Shown here in pieces: positions 33,148 to 42,986 of a stretch of DNA of 64,000 bases. Under the pieces are notes generated by a model. That model worked only from the letters and a program-made list of their open reading frames with translations. It did not search any database and had not been told where the DNA came from. The translations under genes and the position numbers were made by a program. Source of the stretch: a virus (taxonomy: Duplodnaviria; Heunggongvirae; Uroviricota; Caudoviricetes); the IMG/VR virus record IMGVR_UViG_3300001598_000039, positions 1 to 64,000 of that record; one strand, given 5' to 3'. Numbering within the stretch: the first letter of the stretch is position 1; each line of letters begins with the position of its first letter.

Positions 33148-34731
33148 ATGAACGAGTCGATCCTAGACAAGCCGCAAGACGGCCTTTGCCCAGAGATATG
33201 GGAAAAACAGCCTGATGGCAGTTGGACAATGCATGATGCCGTCCGCCAGAAGCTCATCGCTTTGGCAGTAAGCGTCCTTGAGTCTGCGCATCTGCCAACA
33301 CACAACATCATCTTGCGCTTGACCGGGTCGCTCACATCGAACTCCTACACACCGGTATCTGATGTTGATGTACACATTAGCGGCTTCAGAGTCAGGGAGT
33401 TCCAAGAGATGACATAGAAGCGCATCAGCGAAGTCCTAGATGCGATGAAAGCCGCTAGCCATGACGATGTCTTCATTGGCCAGCACCCGATTGAGCTCTA
33501 CTACCAAGTGAGCGAGTTCCAAGACTTCATGTCGGTTGGATGCTATGACCTACTTGAAGGACGCTGGGAAGTTGGCCCGGAGATGACCGACAAGGAGTTT
33601 GACCCGTACAGTGAGTACTTCGACGTCGACATGCGCGGAGTCAAGTCCATCATGGCGGACGTCCGCAACACTATCCTCCGGCCGTATGAGAAGCTGGTCG
33701 CCTACAAGAACAGCTCAGACCAAGACTTCAGAGATGAGCTTGCAGTCAAGATCACTGCAGACCTAGAAGAGGCGGTCAAGCTGTTCGAGTAGCTGCGGAA
33801 CTACAGGAAGGTGTACAGCAGCCCTAAGAGCAGAGAAGAAGCGCTGAAGCGCCGGAGCTCGATGAAATGGAAGGTAGCTGACTCAACATTCAAGCTGATG
33901 GACAAGTTCGGCTACCTTGGAATCATGCGGGCCTACAAGCAGGCCCTTAACTCAGGCATCCAGCCGGACCAGTTCCCAAAGTTGGCCGAGTGGTTGCTTG
34001 GAAAGATGAAAGAGACAACTATGAAAGCACTTAACGACAGTGAGTACAGCATAAGCCTTGATGAGTCACAAGTCGACGAAAGCGGCGACACCATCAAAGC
34101 AGCTGTGCTTGCGGCGCTTCTTGCCATCCCTGGCGTATGCGGAGCTGAGCAGATCAAGCCGGCTCTCAACAGCAAGCAGCCTCTAGCAGCAGTTGAGCAA
34201 GTCCGTGCCAAAGCAAGCCCTAAGGCATCCTATAGCGGCTACTCATACTCCCATGCCACCAACATTGTTGCGTTGACCCTCTTTTGGGAAGCCCAGAACC
34301 AAGGCAAAGAAGGAATTGACCGTGTTGCGTCAGTCCTCTTGAACCGCTGCGACGGAGATGAGAAGAAGCTCCCTCTCGCTTGCCTCAAGAACGCGTACAG
34401 CTCAAAGGCAAAGCGCTACGTCTGGCAGTTCAGCTGCTGGGATGAGAAGGGGATCCACAAGATCCAGCGATCGACGCAGCGTCCAGGCAACTACCGCATC
34501 TTCATCCCGCGTGAGGTGAAAGCTGGAAAGCAAGCCTCAATCGACGTCTGGAAGTACTGCAATGAAGTCGCAGTCAAGCTCTGCGACGGCAAGTTCAAGA
34601 CGCTCGGAGACTGGACTGAGTACTACAACCCCGCTAGAGTGACACCAACTTGGGCTGACGAGCTGACTTCGGTCGAGACCTTCGGCAACCACAAGTTTGG
34701 CATCCTCAAGCGCCATGCGGCTTACACCTGA
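33148..34731 (+). CDS. One reading frame interrupted by two TAG codons (33415-33417, 33790-33792). N-terminal minimal nucleotidyltransferase whose catalytic domain spans the first TAG, plus a C-terminal SleB-like cell-wall hydrolase
   Basis: GS...SDVDVHI before the TAG and HDDVFIGQ third-carboxylate strand after it; the downstream segments lack ATG and RBS; Hydrolase_2 signature TLFWEAQNQGKEGIDRVASVLLNR...QFSCW. Confidence 0.55.
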
Positions 34732-34889
34732 TGCACAAAGAAGAAGTAGACCGCCTGCTTGACCAACTGGAGTACGCCGTCAAGAGCGACTCCTATGTCC
34801 TGTCCTACAGTGACATTGACTCTATCATCAACAGGCTTGACCGCCTTAGAGAGCACATCAACGCAACCTATGGAGCAAGAGGAAGATGA
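34731..34889 (+). CDS. 52-aa coiled-coil peptide
   Basis: TGATG and ATGA overlaps on both sides. Confidence 0.4.
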   Translation: MHKEEVDRLLDQLEYAVKSDSYVLSYSDIDSIINRLDRLREHINATYGARGR

Positions 34890-35173
34890 GCGACCAGCTT
34901 TCAGCAGATCCGGCTCTAGATGAGCCATTGACACTCATGGACTTGCTCAAGACGCCTGATCCAATGCTCTCGGTCCTCTACCCGGATACGCCTCCATCCT
35001 ACTTTGCAGACAAGGGAGACGTCTTCACTAAGCCAAAGAACCCAATTGAGCGCTACCAAGACGCTCCGATCAAGCCTTACATCAAGACCCGTGACTTCAA
35101 CAACAGCGAGGACGAGCCATACCTCAACAAGCCAAAGCCTGGCATTGAGATCGGCATTAAGGTCTCGTTCTGA
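34886..35173 (+). CDS. Hypothetical Pro-rich protein (95 aa)
   Basis: GAGGAAG RBS. Confidence 0.55.
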   Translation: MSDQLSADPALDEPLTLMDLLKTPDPMLSVLYPDTPPSYFADKGDVFTKPKNPIERYQDAPIKPYIKTRDFNNSEDEPYLNKPKPGIEIGIKVSF

Positions 35174-35930
35174 GCAAATGGGCGATCATCATGTCCTTGA
35201 TCTCACTCTGCATGTCAGGGAGCTCAATGAGCTTTCCTGATGTTTCGGTGAGATGGTTCAAGTAGAGCTTGAACTTGGCGTACTGCGGAACATAATGCCC
35301 ATACTTCAGCAGGTACTCATAGAGGTTCAGCTGGAGTGCGTAGTGGAAGAAGTTGGTGTCGTCGACATGGTCAATGGGGTCTAGCCCATACTTGTCGTAC
35401 TTGTTCTCCGTGTCGATCGAGGCATTCGTCTTGTGGTCGATGATGATGTACGTCTCAGGGTCTTTCCTTGACTTGGCGAAGAGATCGATTGTTCCAGCTA
35501 TGCGAAGGTCAGGGTCAAAGACGATCTTCTCTACCCCAAGGATGTCTAGCTTGTTCCTGAATGCAGTCGCCATCTTGACAGCGTTCTTGAAAGTCGCAAC
35601 TTCCTTGGCATTCTCCGCGGTGTTCCGTATCTCCCGTCCTAGCTCAACGTCTTCGCAGACTTCGTGGCAGCGTGTGCCAAACTTGCATGACGCCGCTCCT
35701 TTGGCTTTCCATTTGGCCTGGATCTCTTCGACGGTCAAGCCTTCGCGCTTGGCGCATCGAGCGGTGATCTCGCCAGTCGGGTCGAATGGCTGGAAGAACT
35801 GGCCGATGAATCCGGTGCCACTAGTGTACTGGATCTCCTTGCCATTGATGGTTGACGTGTAGCGGTGGCTGAGCTCTTCAAAGATGATCTCGACTCCCGC
35901 AGGGTTCTTGGCTTTGCTGCATGCTGGCAT
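35157..35930 (-). CDS. PD-(D/E)XK nuclease (Cas4/YqaJ-like exonuclease fold)
   Basis: GTIDLF ... IIDHK motif; start moved to the leaderless ATG (TGGGTACAAT AAGACCATT ATG). Confidence 0.6.
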   Translation of the reverse strand: MPACSKAKNPAGVEIIFEELSHRYTSTINGKEIQYTSGTGFIGQFFQPFDPTGEITARCAKREGLTVEEIQAKWKAKGAASCKFGTRCHEVCEDVELGREIRNTAENAKEVATFKNAVKMATAFRNKLDILGVEKIVFDPDLRIAGTIDLFAKSRKDPETYIIIDHKTNASIDTENKYDKYGLDPIDHVDDTNFFHYALQLNLYEYLLKYGHYVPQYAKFKLYLNHLTETSGKLIELPDMQSEIKDMMIAHLLRTRP

Positions 35931-35952
35931 AATGGTCTTATTGTACCCAGAT

Positions 35953-35964
35953 GGAAGTAAATAG
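35953..35964 (+). promoter_or_regulatory. Class III late-like motif TGGAAGTAAATAG, 6 nt before ATG 35970
   Basis: Consensus match. Confidence 0.5.
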
Positions 35965-35969
35965 CCAAG

Positions 35970-37247
35970 ATGAACGCCCAACAACTCAACTATGCCTACT
36001 GGCAGCGCATGCGGCAACAGCAGCTGTACCGCGCCTATGTCGCAGGCGGATACGGCCAAGCACGCAACTCCTATGACAAGATCGCCAAGGTGTCGGATGA
36101 CTGGTTCTTGAACTACATCGAGTACGACGCCAAGAAGATCAGCCCGGACAAGGCTAATGCGGTGTTCAAGACTCAGCCAACTGCAGTTGCTGGAGGGATG
36201 TGCACAGGAGTCCATAAGGGCAGCATGCATCTCCGCCAGCTCGACTGGTACTACAATGAAGAGGCGGAGTTCATCATCCGGATGAAGAAGTGCGTTGAGA
36301 CTGGAGTCTTGTACGACAGCATCGGCGTCACAGCAGCATCTCCAAAGCTGACTTGGCAGACCGTCAAGGACAACATTGAGAGCAAGCGCTACAATGAGTA
36401 CTATGACATCCTCCCATATTTGACCGTCGATGGTGTGAACGAGCGAGGCATCTTTGCCCAAAGCAACGTCGTAGAAGTCAATGGGATCGAGCATATCAAC
36501 ATCAATCCAGGCAAGATTGACTGCTGTTGTTCAGTTATGCTCGTCCGCTTCATCCTTGACCATGTTGGGAGCATTGATGAGCTAGAGTCTTACCTCGGCA
36601 AGCTCCATCTCTACAACGCTCCGCGTGACAAGATCGCCTACAACAACCATGTGCTGGTAGCTGACAAGCTAGGCAACACCAAGATCATTGAGTTCAAGGA
36701 GTCAAGCTTTGAGGTCATCAGTGGCTTCAACGTCATGACGAACTTCAGGACGAATGGCGGCTTCCATACTGTTGGCTCTGGCGCTGCGATCAGCGCAGAC
36801 TGGTCATCCATCGAACCAAATGGCATCGGTGTTGAGCGTTGGGAAGCTGGCGCGCGCTTCGTCAACTACCGCCATAGTGGTGACCTTGAGAGCTTCAAGA
36901 ACCTGCGTAACGTCCTCAACTACACTAACGCCTACAGCAGGCCTGTTGTCAAAGGCCAAACTTGGCTGACAGACAACTTGTCTGGAGACTTGACCGTCAG
37001 CGATGCGCTTGACTACCATAACGGGACGATACTTCCTGAGCGGAAAGCCGTCTATGATGCCGCATTGGATGGCTACAGAGAGATGTATGACACCCGCTCC
37101 CGTACCGATGGGAACAAGACATGGCTCACCACTCATGGCGCCATCTATGACTTGGCGAACCTGTCATGCAACATCCAGACACAGCAAGACACCTGCTGGA
37201 ATGTCCAATTTGATGGGACGGTCACTAAAGACCAAACTGCAGCTTGA
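35970..37247 (+). CDS. Ntn-hydrolase of the choloylglycine hydrolase / penicillin V acylase type, with an N-terminal pro-leader shared with gene 12128
   Basis: CTGV...HLRQLDWYY (Cys nucleophile, Arg/Asp pair) after a ~77-aa leader starting MNAQQLNYAYWQRMRQQQLYRAY. Confidence 0.6.
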   Translation: MNAQQLNYAYWQRMRQQQLYRAYVAGGYGQARNSYDKIAKVSDDWFLNYIEYDAKKISPDKANAVFKTQPTAVAGGMCTGVHKGSMHLRQLDWYYNEEAEFIIRMKKCVETGVLYDSIGVTAASPKLTWQTVKDNIESKRYNEYYDILPYLTVDGVNERGIFAQSNVVEVNGIEHININPGKIDCCCSVMLVRFILDHVGSIDELESYLGKLHLYNAPRDKIAYNNHVLVADKLGNTKIIEFKESSFEVISGFNVMTNFRTNGGFHTVGSGAAISADWSSIEPNGIGVERWEAGARFVNYRHSGDLESFKNLRNVLNYTNAYSRPVVKGQTWLTDNLSGDLTVSDALDYHNGTILPERKAVYDAALDGYREMYDTRSRTDGNKTWLTTHGAIYDLANLSCNIQTQQDTCWNVQFDGTVTKDQTAA

Positions 37248-37249
37248 CA

Positions 37250-38032
37250 TCAGCTTGCGACTGAGAAGGCGAACTCCTTCTTCAGCTTAGGCAGCATGTC
37301 ACTAAGCACAAACTTTGTCCGCGAGTCTCGAGATGGGACTTTGAACTTCGATCCAGAGACATTGGCGTCATGCCTGTAGTAGATGAAGGCGCCAGGCCAG
37401 TTGAACTGTTTGAACTTGATGGCACATCCATAAGCGGCATTCACTTTCTTCAGGTGGTCAGCGACTTTGACGTGCGACATGGAGTATGGGTTGATGAAAC
37501 TAGTGTAAGGCAAGAAGCTGCTGTCTGCAATGAGTGACTGGAACAGTGCGATGTGGCCAACTGATCCGTAACTGTTCATGTAGTCATAGAGCTCTTTTGT
37601 CTTGGCGACGTAGACAAAGCCTGTAGTGTACCCGCATGCACCAAAGCCTTTCACTTCAGCAGCTTCAGCTTGCGCTTCAGCCGCAGCGCCACTCCAGATG
37701 AAGTCATCATCGTCGATGCGGGTTGCGATCATCTTTGACCCTGGCTGCCATCTTGCCTTCAGCTCTTGCTCAAGGCAGCTGTACCTGATGACGGATGCCT
37801 TGAATGGCATTGGAGCAAGAGCCTTCTGCAGAGCTTGGACTCGGTCTAGCGCCAGCCAATCATGAACCGCAAGAAGCAGCTCAAAGCTCTTGTTGGTCTG
37901 GTTGGCTAACGATGGAAGCAAGTTTGACTTAAGCAGCTGCAGGCGCTGCTTGTACATCTGGTCTGAGAGCAATGTGCCGACGTCGAATCCAAATGGCGTG
38001 CACAGGAACCTAGTTATGATGATGTGCTTCAT
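37250..38032 (-). CDS. Putative glycosyltransferase-like protein (260 aa)
   Basis: Gene context only; ATGA coupling to the GT2 gene. Confidence 0.4.
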   Translation of the reverse strand: MKHIIITRFLCTPFGFDVGTLLSDQMYKQRLQLLKSNLLPSLANQTNKSFELLLAVHDWLALDRVQALQKALAPMPFKASVIRYSCLEQELKARWQPGSKMIATRIDDDDFIWSGAAAEAQAEAAEVKGFGACGYTTGFVYVAKTKELYDYMNSYGSVGHIALFQSLIADSSFLPYTSFINPYSMSHVKVADHLKKVNAAYGCAIKFKQFNWPGAFIYYRHDANVSGSKFKVPSRDSRTKFVLSDMLPKLKKEFAFSVAS

Positions 38033-39546
38033 AGGTAGAAGTTGTTCTGCTTCAGGAGCTCAACCTTAGACTCGATGATCGCCAGCCTCTGCGCTTCAAC
38101 ACATGGCGTCTCATAGGACTCATGCATCAAGTCAGCGATGAGGTAGTAGACTGCTGCTTGGCGTGCTGTGTCGATCGCTGCATGTTGGCAGCTGTTCGGG
38201 TTGTCTCCAATGGTGTAGACGAAGAGCGGCTCATCCATGACAGCAAGCGACTTGCACTTGTCGTATGTCCTGAGGCTCCAGATGACGTCGTTGAACCTGA
38301 TGCGGTCTGGGATGAACTGCGGGCAAAGCTCCGTCTTAACACAACTAGTCGCCGGTTGGCATAGACGGACAACATCCTTGAGCGCATGCCCGTCAAATTT
38401 GGCAAGGCGCCGCACTCCATCACGGACATCATATCGGGCGCACTTCACCAAGTCAGGCGAACCGGATGCGATGATGAGCTTATGCAGATGCTCTAGAGCA
38501 GTGTCCGAGACATAGTAGTCGTCGCTGTCCAAGAACAACGTGTAGGCCGCTCCAGGAACATGCCTAAGTGCAACATTGCGTGCGCCTCCTCCATAGGCTT
38601 TCTTGTCTAGGAGCTCGTACTCGACTTTAGTTGGCCAGTTGGCTGCAATCTTCTTCAGCAACTCCGCCGTGCCATCAGTAGAAGCGTCGTCGACTAGCAC
38701 AACTTTGAAGTGCTTGAACGTCTGGCTCATGATGCTGTCTATGCACCGTTCCAGAAAGGCTTCGCTGTTGAAGGTCGGTATGATGATCCTGAAGAATGGA
38801 GAGTCATCACCAACCGCATACGGGACATTCAGCTTCCAGCCAACATAGGACTCAAGGTATCTGGCGCGCGACTGCATGCTCCTGTTGTCTGTGCAGAGGC
38901 CTCCATTTCTGCTGAACCTCAGGTTCTCCAGCAGCTTGACCCCGTCATTGGCGACTCTGACTAGCGGGACATTGTTCTCTTGCGCCCAAACAGCGGTTAT
39001 CTCGTCATCCCCAAAGTTCTTTGGCCTAGCAAGATACAATGACTTCCTCAAGCCAATCTCCTTAGGGCAGCACATCGCGACTCCCATGCCAACACGATGA
39101 CAAGGAAGGTCAGTGTCGTAGTCTAGCTGGAACAAGTGGACGGTTCGGTTCAAGAAGCTGATCCTGCCATTGGTGATGCCGTTGTAGACATGGCCATGGT
39201 ATGAGCAGATCGCCTTCCTCCCGTACTTGTCGACTTTGGCCTTCAAGCTTGCAATGTAGTTCGGCGGGTAGTCAATGTCGTCGTCCACAGTCGCGTAGTA
39301 GCCATCAAAGTCGCCGGCCCAGTACATCTTGTTGTTGCATCCAAGGTCTCTGATGCCAGTCTTTGCGTTCGCCAGGACAGTGATGATCTTCTTTGACTTA
39401 GGGAGCTCAGGAGGCACTTCGTCATAGCCATTCAGGCAGATGCAGAGCCTGTCGCACTGAGGCAAGAGCTCAGCTACAGCGTTCAGCAGTCCTTGCTTGC
39501 GCTGAGGTTGAGATGCGATCGCGACTGTGACTTCATTAGTGGCCAT
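38029..39546 (-). CDS. Two-domain glycosyltransferase (C-terminal GT2 domain)
   Basis: IIIPTFNSEAFLERCIDSIMSQTF...VVLVDDASTDGT. Confidence 0.75.
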   Translation of the reverse strand: MATNEVTVAIASQPQRKQGLLNAVAELLPQCDRLCICLNGYDEVPPELPKSKKIITVLANAKTGIRDLGCNNKMYWAGDFDGYYATVDDDIDYPPNYIASLKAKVDKYGRKAICSYHGHVYNGITNGRISFLNRTVHLFQLDYDTDLPCHRVGMGVAMCCPKEIGLRKSLYLARPKNFGDDEITAVWAQENNVPLVRVANDGVKLLENLRFSRNGGLCTDNRSMQSRARYLESYVGWKLNVPYAVGDDSPFFRIIIPTFNSEAFLERCIDSIMSQTFKHFKVVLVDDASTDGTAELLKKIAANWPTKVEYELLDKKAYGGGARNVALRHVPGAAYTLFLDSDDYYVSDTALEHLHKLIIASGSPDLVKCARYDVRDGVRRLAKFDGHALKDVVRLCQPATSCVKTELCPQFIPDRIRFNDVIWSLRTYDKCKSLAVMDEPLFVYTIGDNPNSCQHAAIDTARQAAVYYLIADLMHESYETPCVEAQRLAIIESKVELLKQNNFYL

Positions 39547-40207
39547 GGCAAGATATCCTGAAGAACTGGTTGTTGATGCTGAACTCCGATGTCAAGTAGC
39601 CAGGAGCAAAATGGCGCTTCCAGCAGGCATAGTTGAAGCTGAGCTGGTCACGATGGCTTCCTTTGATGAGCTCTGTTGCCCAAAGGTTGTCTAGCAGGAC
39701 GCAGTCCGAGTCATTGTGCCGCCGAAGCATGATGTTCGACTCAACCATCCCGAGGTCTTTTGGGTACCCTTCGGCTTGGTATCGTGCCATTTGGGATGAG
39801 ACTTCTTCCGCACTAGCCTTGCCAAGGTCAATGCATGCCTGCGCTTCGGCATAGATACAATGCCTGCTAGGATGGATCCTAGTGTAGAATGGTGTCCGCT
39901 CAAGGTTGTACTGCTTGATGAACTTTGAAAGATCACCAATGATAGATATATTCCCGTCTACCCAGATCGAAGTATCATACTCTCTTAGGTACCGGTGCGG
40001 ACAGATCTTCACAACACGCTGCTGCTTGACCAGCGAGAGGTACCGCAAGTCTTCTGGAATCTGGCGGAACTGCCAAACCGGCGCACATGCTGGTCTGTCG
40101 CTGAAGCAGATGAAGTCAATGCCTTCACACTCAGCTGGGACATGGAGCTTGTCATAGCCGCCAGTGATGCACGTGTAGCAGACGATGTTGTTCATGCCTT
40201 GTTCCAA
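39536..40207 (-). CDS. DUF616/TOD1-like putative glycosyltransferase; paralog of the gene at 59867
   Basis: NIVCYTCITGGYD signature. Confidence 0.5.
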   Translation of the reverse strand: MEQGMNNIVCYTCITGGYDKLHVPAECEGIDFICFSDRPACAPVWQFRQIPEDLRYLSLVKQQRVVKICPHRYLREYDTSIWVDGNISIIGDLSKFIKQYNLERTPFYTRIHPSRHCIYAEAQACIDLGKASAEEVSSQMARYQAEGYPKDLGMVESNIMLRRHNDSDCVLLDNLWATELIKGSHRDQLSFNYACWKRHFAPGYLTSEFSINNQFFRISCHGH

Positions 40208-41184
40208 ATCTGTTCACCGTACTGATCAAGGAACTTGAACAGGTCACACTTCCAGTTGTCCATATCACCATCGCCTTTGCGCAGCGACTCGGTGTTCTTG
40301 TCATAGCAGCTCAAAGCGGAGTTCAGCGGATAGTGTATTGGCTTGAACTCAGTCTTGATTGGGACAATTGTTGCATCGACAGGCACCACTCTGGTCATCT
40401 TTCCAGTGTACCAGTTGAGGATCATGTCAGCAAACTCAAACCGGCTTGCCATGTTAGGAATGCCTGTACAGCCACCACATATGTTCACAATGCCTCGCTT
40501 GCGCTGGTAGATTGCACGGAGAAGCATTGTGCAGAAGCGCTCGGTCGATGTTGGTATGGACATCTGGTCATCAGGAACAGCAAGCAGAGGGTTCTTTGTC
40601 CCAGGAACAAGCTCTCCAAGCGCTTTCTTCATGTTCCGGACGAACTTGTGGACAAAGGACTTAGACTTATGCTGGCCATAGAGCCACGACGTACGGGCAA
40701 TGCACCATCTTCCAGACGGCATCGCCAACCTTACGTTCTGCTCTCCTAAGAGCTTATGGAGGCCATACTGGTTCGTTGGGAACTCATCTCTGCGGAGCGT
40801 GTTGTCCTCGTGTTCGCTGAACTCAGAGAAGACATAGTCCGTCGAGACGTGGATGAGATGCGTCTTCTTGAACTCACAGGCTTCAGCAATGTACTTAGGC
40901 ACCAGCGCGTTCATGATGTAGGACTGGTGTTCACCATCTCCTTCCGCGGCAGTCGTGTCAGTGAACGCTGCACAGTTGATGCAGAAGTCATAGTGGATTG
41001 ACTTCATGAAGTACGCAGACAGAGCGTAAGGGACATCCAAAGAGATGTCCTTATGCGTCAGCCCGGTGACGACTCCAATCTTAGACTTTGGCGTAGCTGC
41101 CATCTTTGACAGCATCTCATGGACATCGTGCCCGAGCATCCCATCAGCACCAAGCACCAGTATGTCTAGCTTCTTGTTGAACAT
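40192..41184 (-). CDS. RmlD-like NAD(P)-dependent sugar reductase (dTDP-4-dehydrorhamnose reductase family)
   Basis: ILVLGADGMLG, VSTDYVF, YxxxK, RTSWLYG. Confidence 0.7.
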   Translation of the reverse strand: MFNKKLDILVLGADGMLGHDVHEMLSKMAATPKSKIGVVTGLTHKDISLDVPYALSAYFMKSIHYDFCINCAAFTDTTAAEGDGEHQSYIMNALVPKYIAEACEFKKTHLIHVSTDYVFSEFSEHEDNTLRRDEFPTNQYGLHKLLGEQNVRLAMPSGRWCIARTSWLYGQHKSKSFVHKFVRNMKKALGELVPGTKNPLLAVPDDQMSIPTSTERFCTMLLRAIYQRKRGIVNICGGCTGIPNMASRFEFADMILNWYTGKMTRVVPVDATIVPIKTEFKPIHYPLNSALSCYDKNTESLRKGDGDMDNWKCDLFKFLDQYGEQIWNKA

Positions 41185-41185
41185 G

Positions 41186-41521
41186 TCAGAACCTTATCAA
41201 CACATCTTGCGGCTTCAAGTCTCGCATCGAGCTTGCAAGCCATTCCTCAAGCTTCTCTTTCGACCCAAACCGACGTATGTCATTCTTCCGCGTCTCGCGT
41301 CGTTCCGCTGCAACCGTTCGGACAAGCCATCCAAGAGCATGCGGACTTTGTGCTTGCCATTCGCCAACGTTCGTCTCAAAGTAGCAGACAAGCGCATTTG
41401 GGTCGCACGTCTTCAGGTAGTCAATGAGCTTCTGCACAGTCAGCATGTTCTTGACACACCAAGCACGTTCTTCAGCCTTAGTCCTGAATGGCCAGCCGCG
41501 AGGCTTCTTGGCATCGCTCAT
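41186..41521 (-). CDS. Hypothetical protein (111 aa)
   Basis: Track ORF within the operon. Confidence 0.5.
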   Translation of the reverse strand: MSDAKKPRGWPFRTKAEERAWCVKNMLTVQKLIDYLKTCDPNALVCYFETNVGEWQAQSPHALGWLVRTVAAERRETRKNDIRRFGSKEKLEEWLASSMRDLKPQDVLIRF

Positions 41522-42249
41522 CGGTACCAGACCTTTCCTGTATCCTTGTAGGACTCTAACTGCTCTTCCATCCAGGTGTCATAGTCTGCACCATGCTCAT
41601 CCTTCTCTGACAGTAGGACGGTATCTTGGCCTTTAAGGAATGGCTCTAGCATCTTCGCCATGCCGCCGCCAGCAGCATAGTCGGCCTTAGCGGCTTCAAC
41701 AAACCGAGGCAAGACCGTCTTGATGCCAACACACACTTCGCTGTCTTTGTTGTATGCAGCACCACCAATGTAGTACTGGAAGATGTTCTTAGTCAAAGGC
41801 GTACCATCAACATATTCCGCCGGCGAGTAGAAGCCGTGCAAGAAGCCGCGAGGGATGAAGACTTTGTTTGCGACCTCGCCACTCAAAGCGAACAACTTCG
41901 CTGAACCGAACGTCTTTGAGTCTGGGCGTGCGTCGATGATGAAGTCATAAATCAGTCCAGAGACGCATTCGACGAACTTCGACTGGCAGTAGATGCCTTT
42001 CTGGGCATGCAAGCCACGGCAGACATTTGGGATGGACGTAGACCGATTGATCTGCCTAAGCCAATGGAGGTCAGCAAACCAGATCGGGATGTTGTCAACC
42101 GGCCATTGCCCAAAAGACTTCATGACCTCGGTGAACGAGCCTCTGCTGTCCGCATTTACCTTGGGCATGATAGAAAACACTTGCGACATCTCGTCGCCCT
42201 CAACAGCAGCGAACTCCGTGCAGTAGTGGATGAACTCAGAACTAGCCAT
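41518..42249 (-). CDS. RmlC-like cupin (dTDP-4-dehydrorhamnose 3,5-epimerase family)
   Basis: HAQKGIYCQSKFVECVSGLIYDFIIDARPDSKTFG...IPRGFLHGF; leaderless promoter GATGTACAAT inside the end of the NAD kinase gene. Confidence 0.65.
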   Translation of the reverse strand: MASSEFIHYCTEFAAVEGDEMSQVFSIMPKVNADSRGSFTEVMKSFGQWPVDNIPIWFADLHWLRQINRSTSIPNVCRGLHAQKGIYCQSKFVECVSGLIYDFIIDARPDSKTFGSAKLFALSGEVANKVFIPRGFLHGFYSPAEYVDGTPLTKNIFQYYIGGAAYNKDSEVCVGIKTVLPRFVEAAKADYAAGGGMAKMLEPFLKGQDTVLLSEKDEHGADYDTWMEEQLESYKDTGKVWYR

Positions 42250-42263
42250 GGCCATATTGTACA

Positions 42264-42986
42264 TCAGCCAAGGTACTGGTCATTCACCATCGTGCTGTTC
42301 CTGAGCTTGCGGCATTCTGGGCACATGAATGCGTCGTACCCAACGACAGACATGTTCTGGCAGGCGCTCTCTATGGTCACGCTCTGGCCAGCCTTAACCT
42401 TGACCTCTTTCACCAGCTTGTCGAATGTAAGCTGGACGTCAAAGTCTCGCCGGAAGATGACTTCTGCCTTGTCCTGCTGCCTGATGACCAAGTTGTTGAT
42501 GCCATACGTAGGAGCAATGAACCCTATGCCAATACCTTCGGTGAAGATGAGCCTAGCGACAGACTTGAAGTAGGCGTGGCTTCCAAGAGGAGTTGCAGCA
42601 ATGAGGCCATCTGCCATGACATTCTCCATGTACAGGCGGCCATTCACTTTGAGGTCAAACCTAAGGCATGACGTCAAGTCTAAGTTCTTCAAGGTGAGCT
42701 CAGACATAGCCACTTCAGACCAATCTAGCCCTCCAACCTGGCACCTGATGAGTGGCTGGACAGTGATCTTGAAGCTCGCATCAGCCTTTCCAGTGCCAAG
42801 GAAGTCATTCAAGATGTTGGCATGCTTTTGGCACAGCCCATAGTTCCTGATTGGAGCTATGGCTTTCTTGAAGTTCTTTGCTCTTGCCTTAGAGAGAAGC
42901 GTTCCGTCGCCGCCATATGCGATGGCAATGGACTTGTTCTGCTCTTCGAACTTCTTGATCAGGCTTTCTGCGGTATCACTCATCAT
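42264..42986 (-). CDS. NAD+ kinase
   Basis: GGDGT and DGLIAATPLGSHAY motifs. Confidence 0.75.
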   Translation of the reverse strand: MMSDTAESLIKKFEEQNKSIAIAYGGDGTLLSKARAKNFKKAIAPIRNYGLCQKHANILNDFLGTGKADASFKITVQPLIRCQVGGLDWSEVAMSELTLKNLDLTSCLRFDLKVNGRLYMENVMADGLIAATPLGSHAYFKSVARLIFTEGIGIGFIAPTYGINNLVIRQQDKAEVIFRRDFDVQLTFDKLVKEVKVKAGQSVTIESACQNMSVVGYDAFMCPECRKLRNSTMVNDQYLG

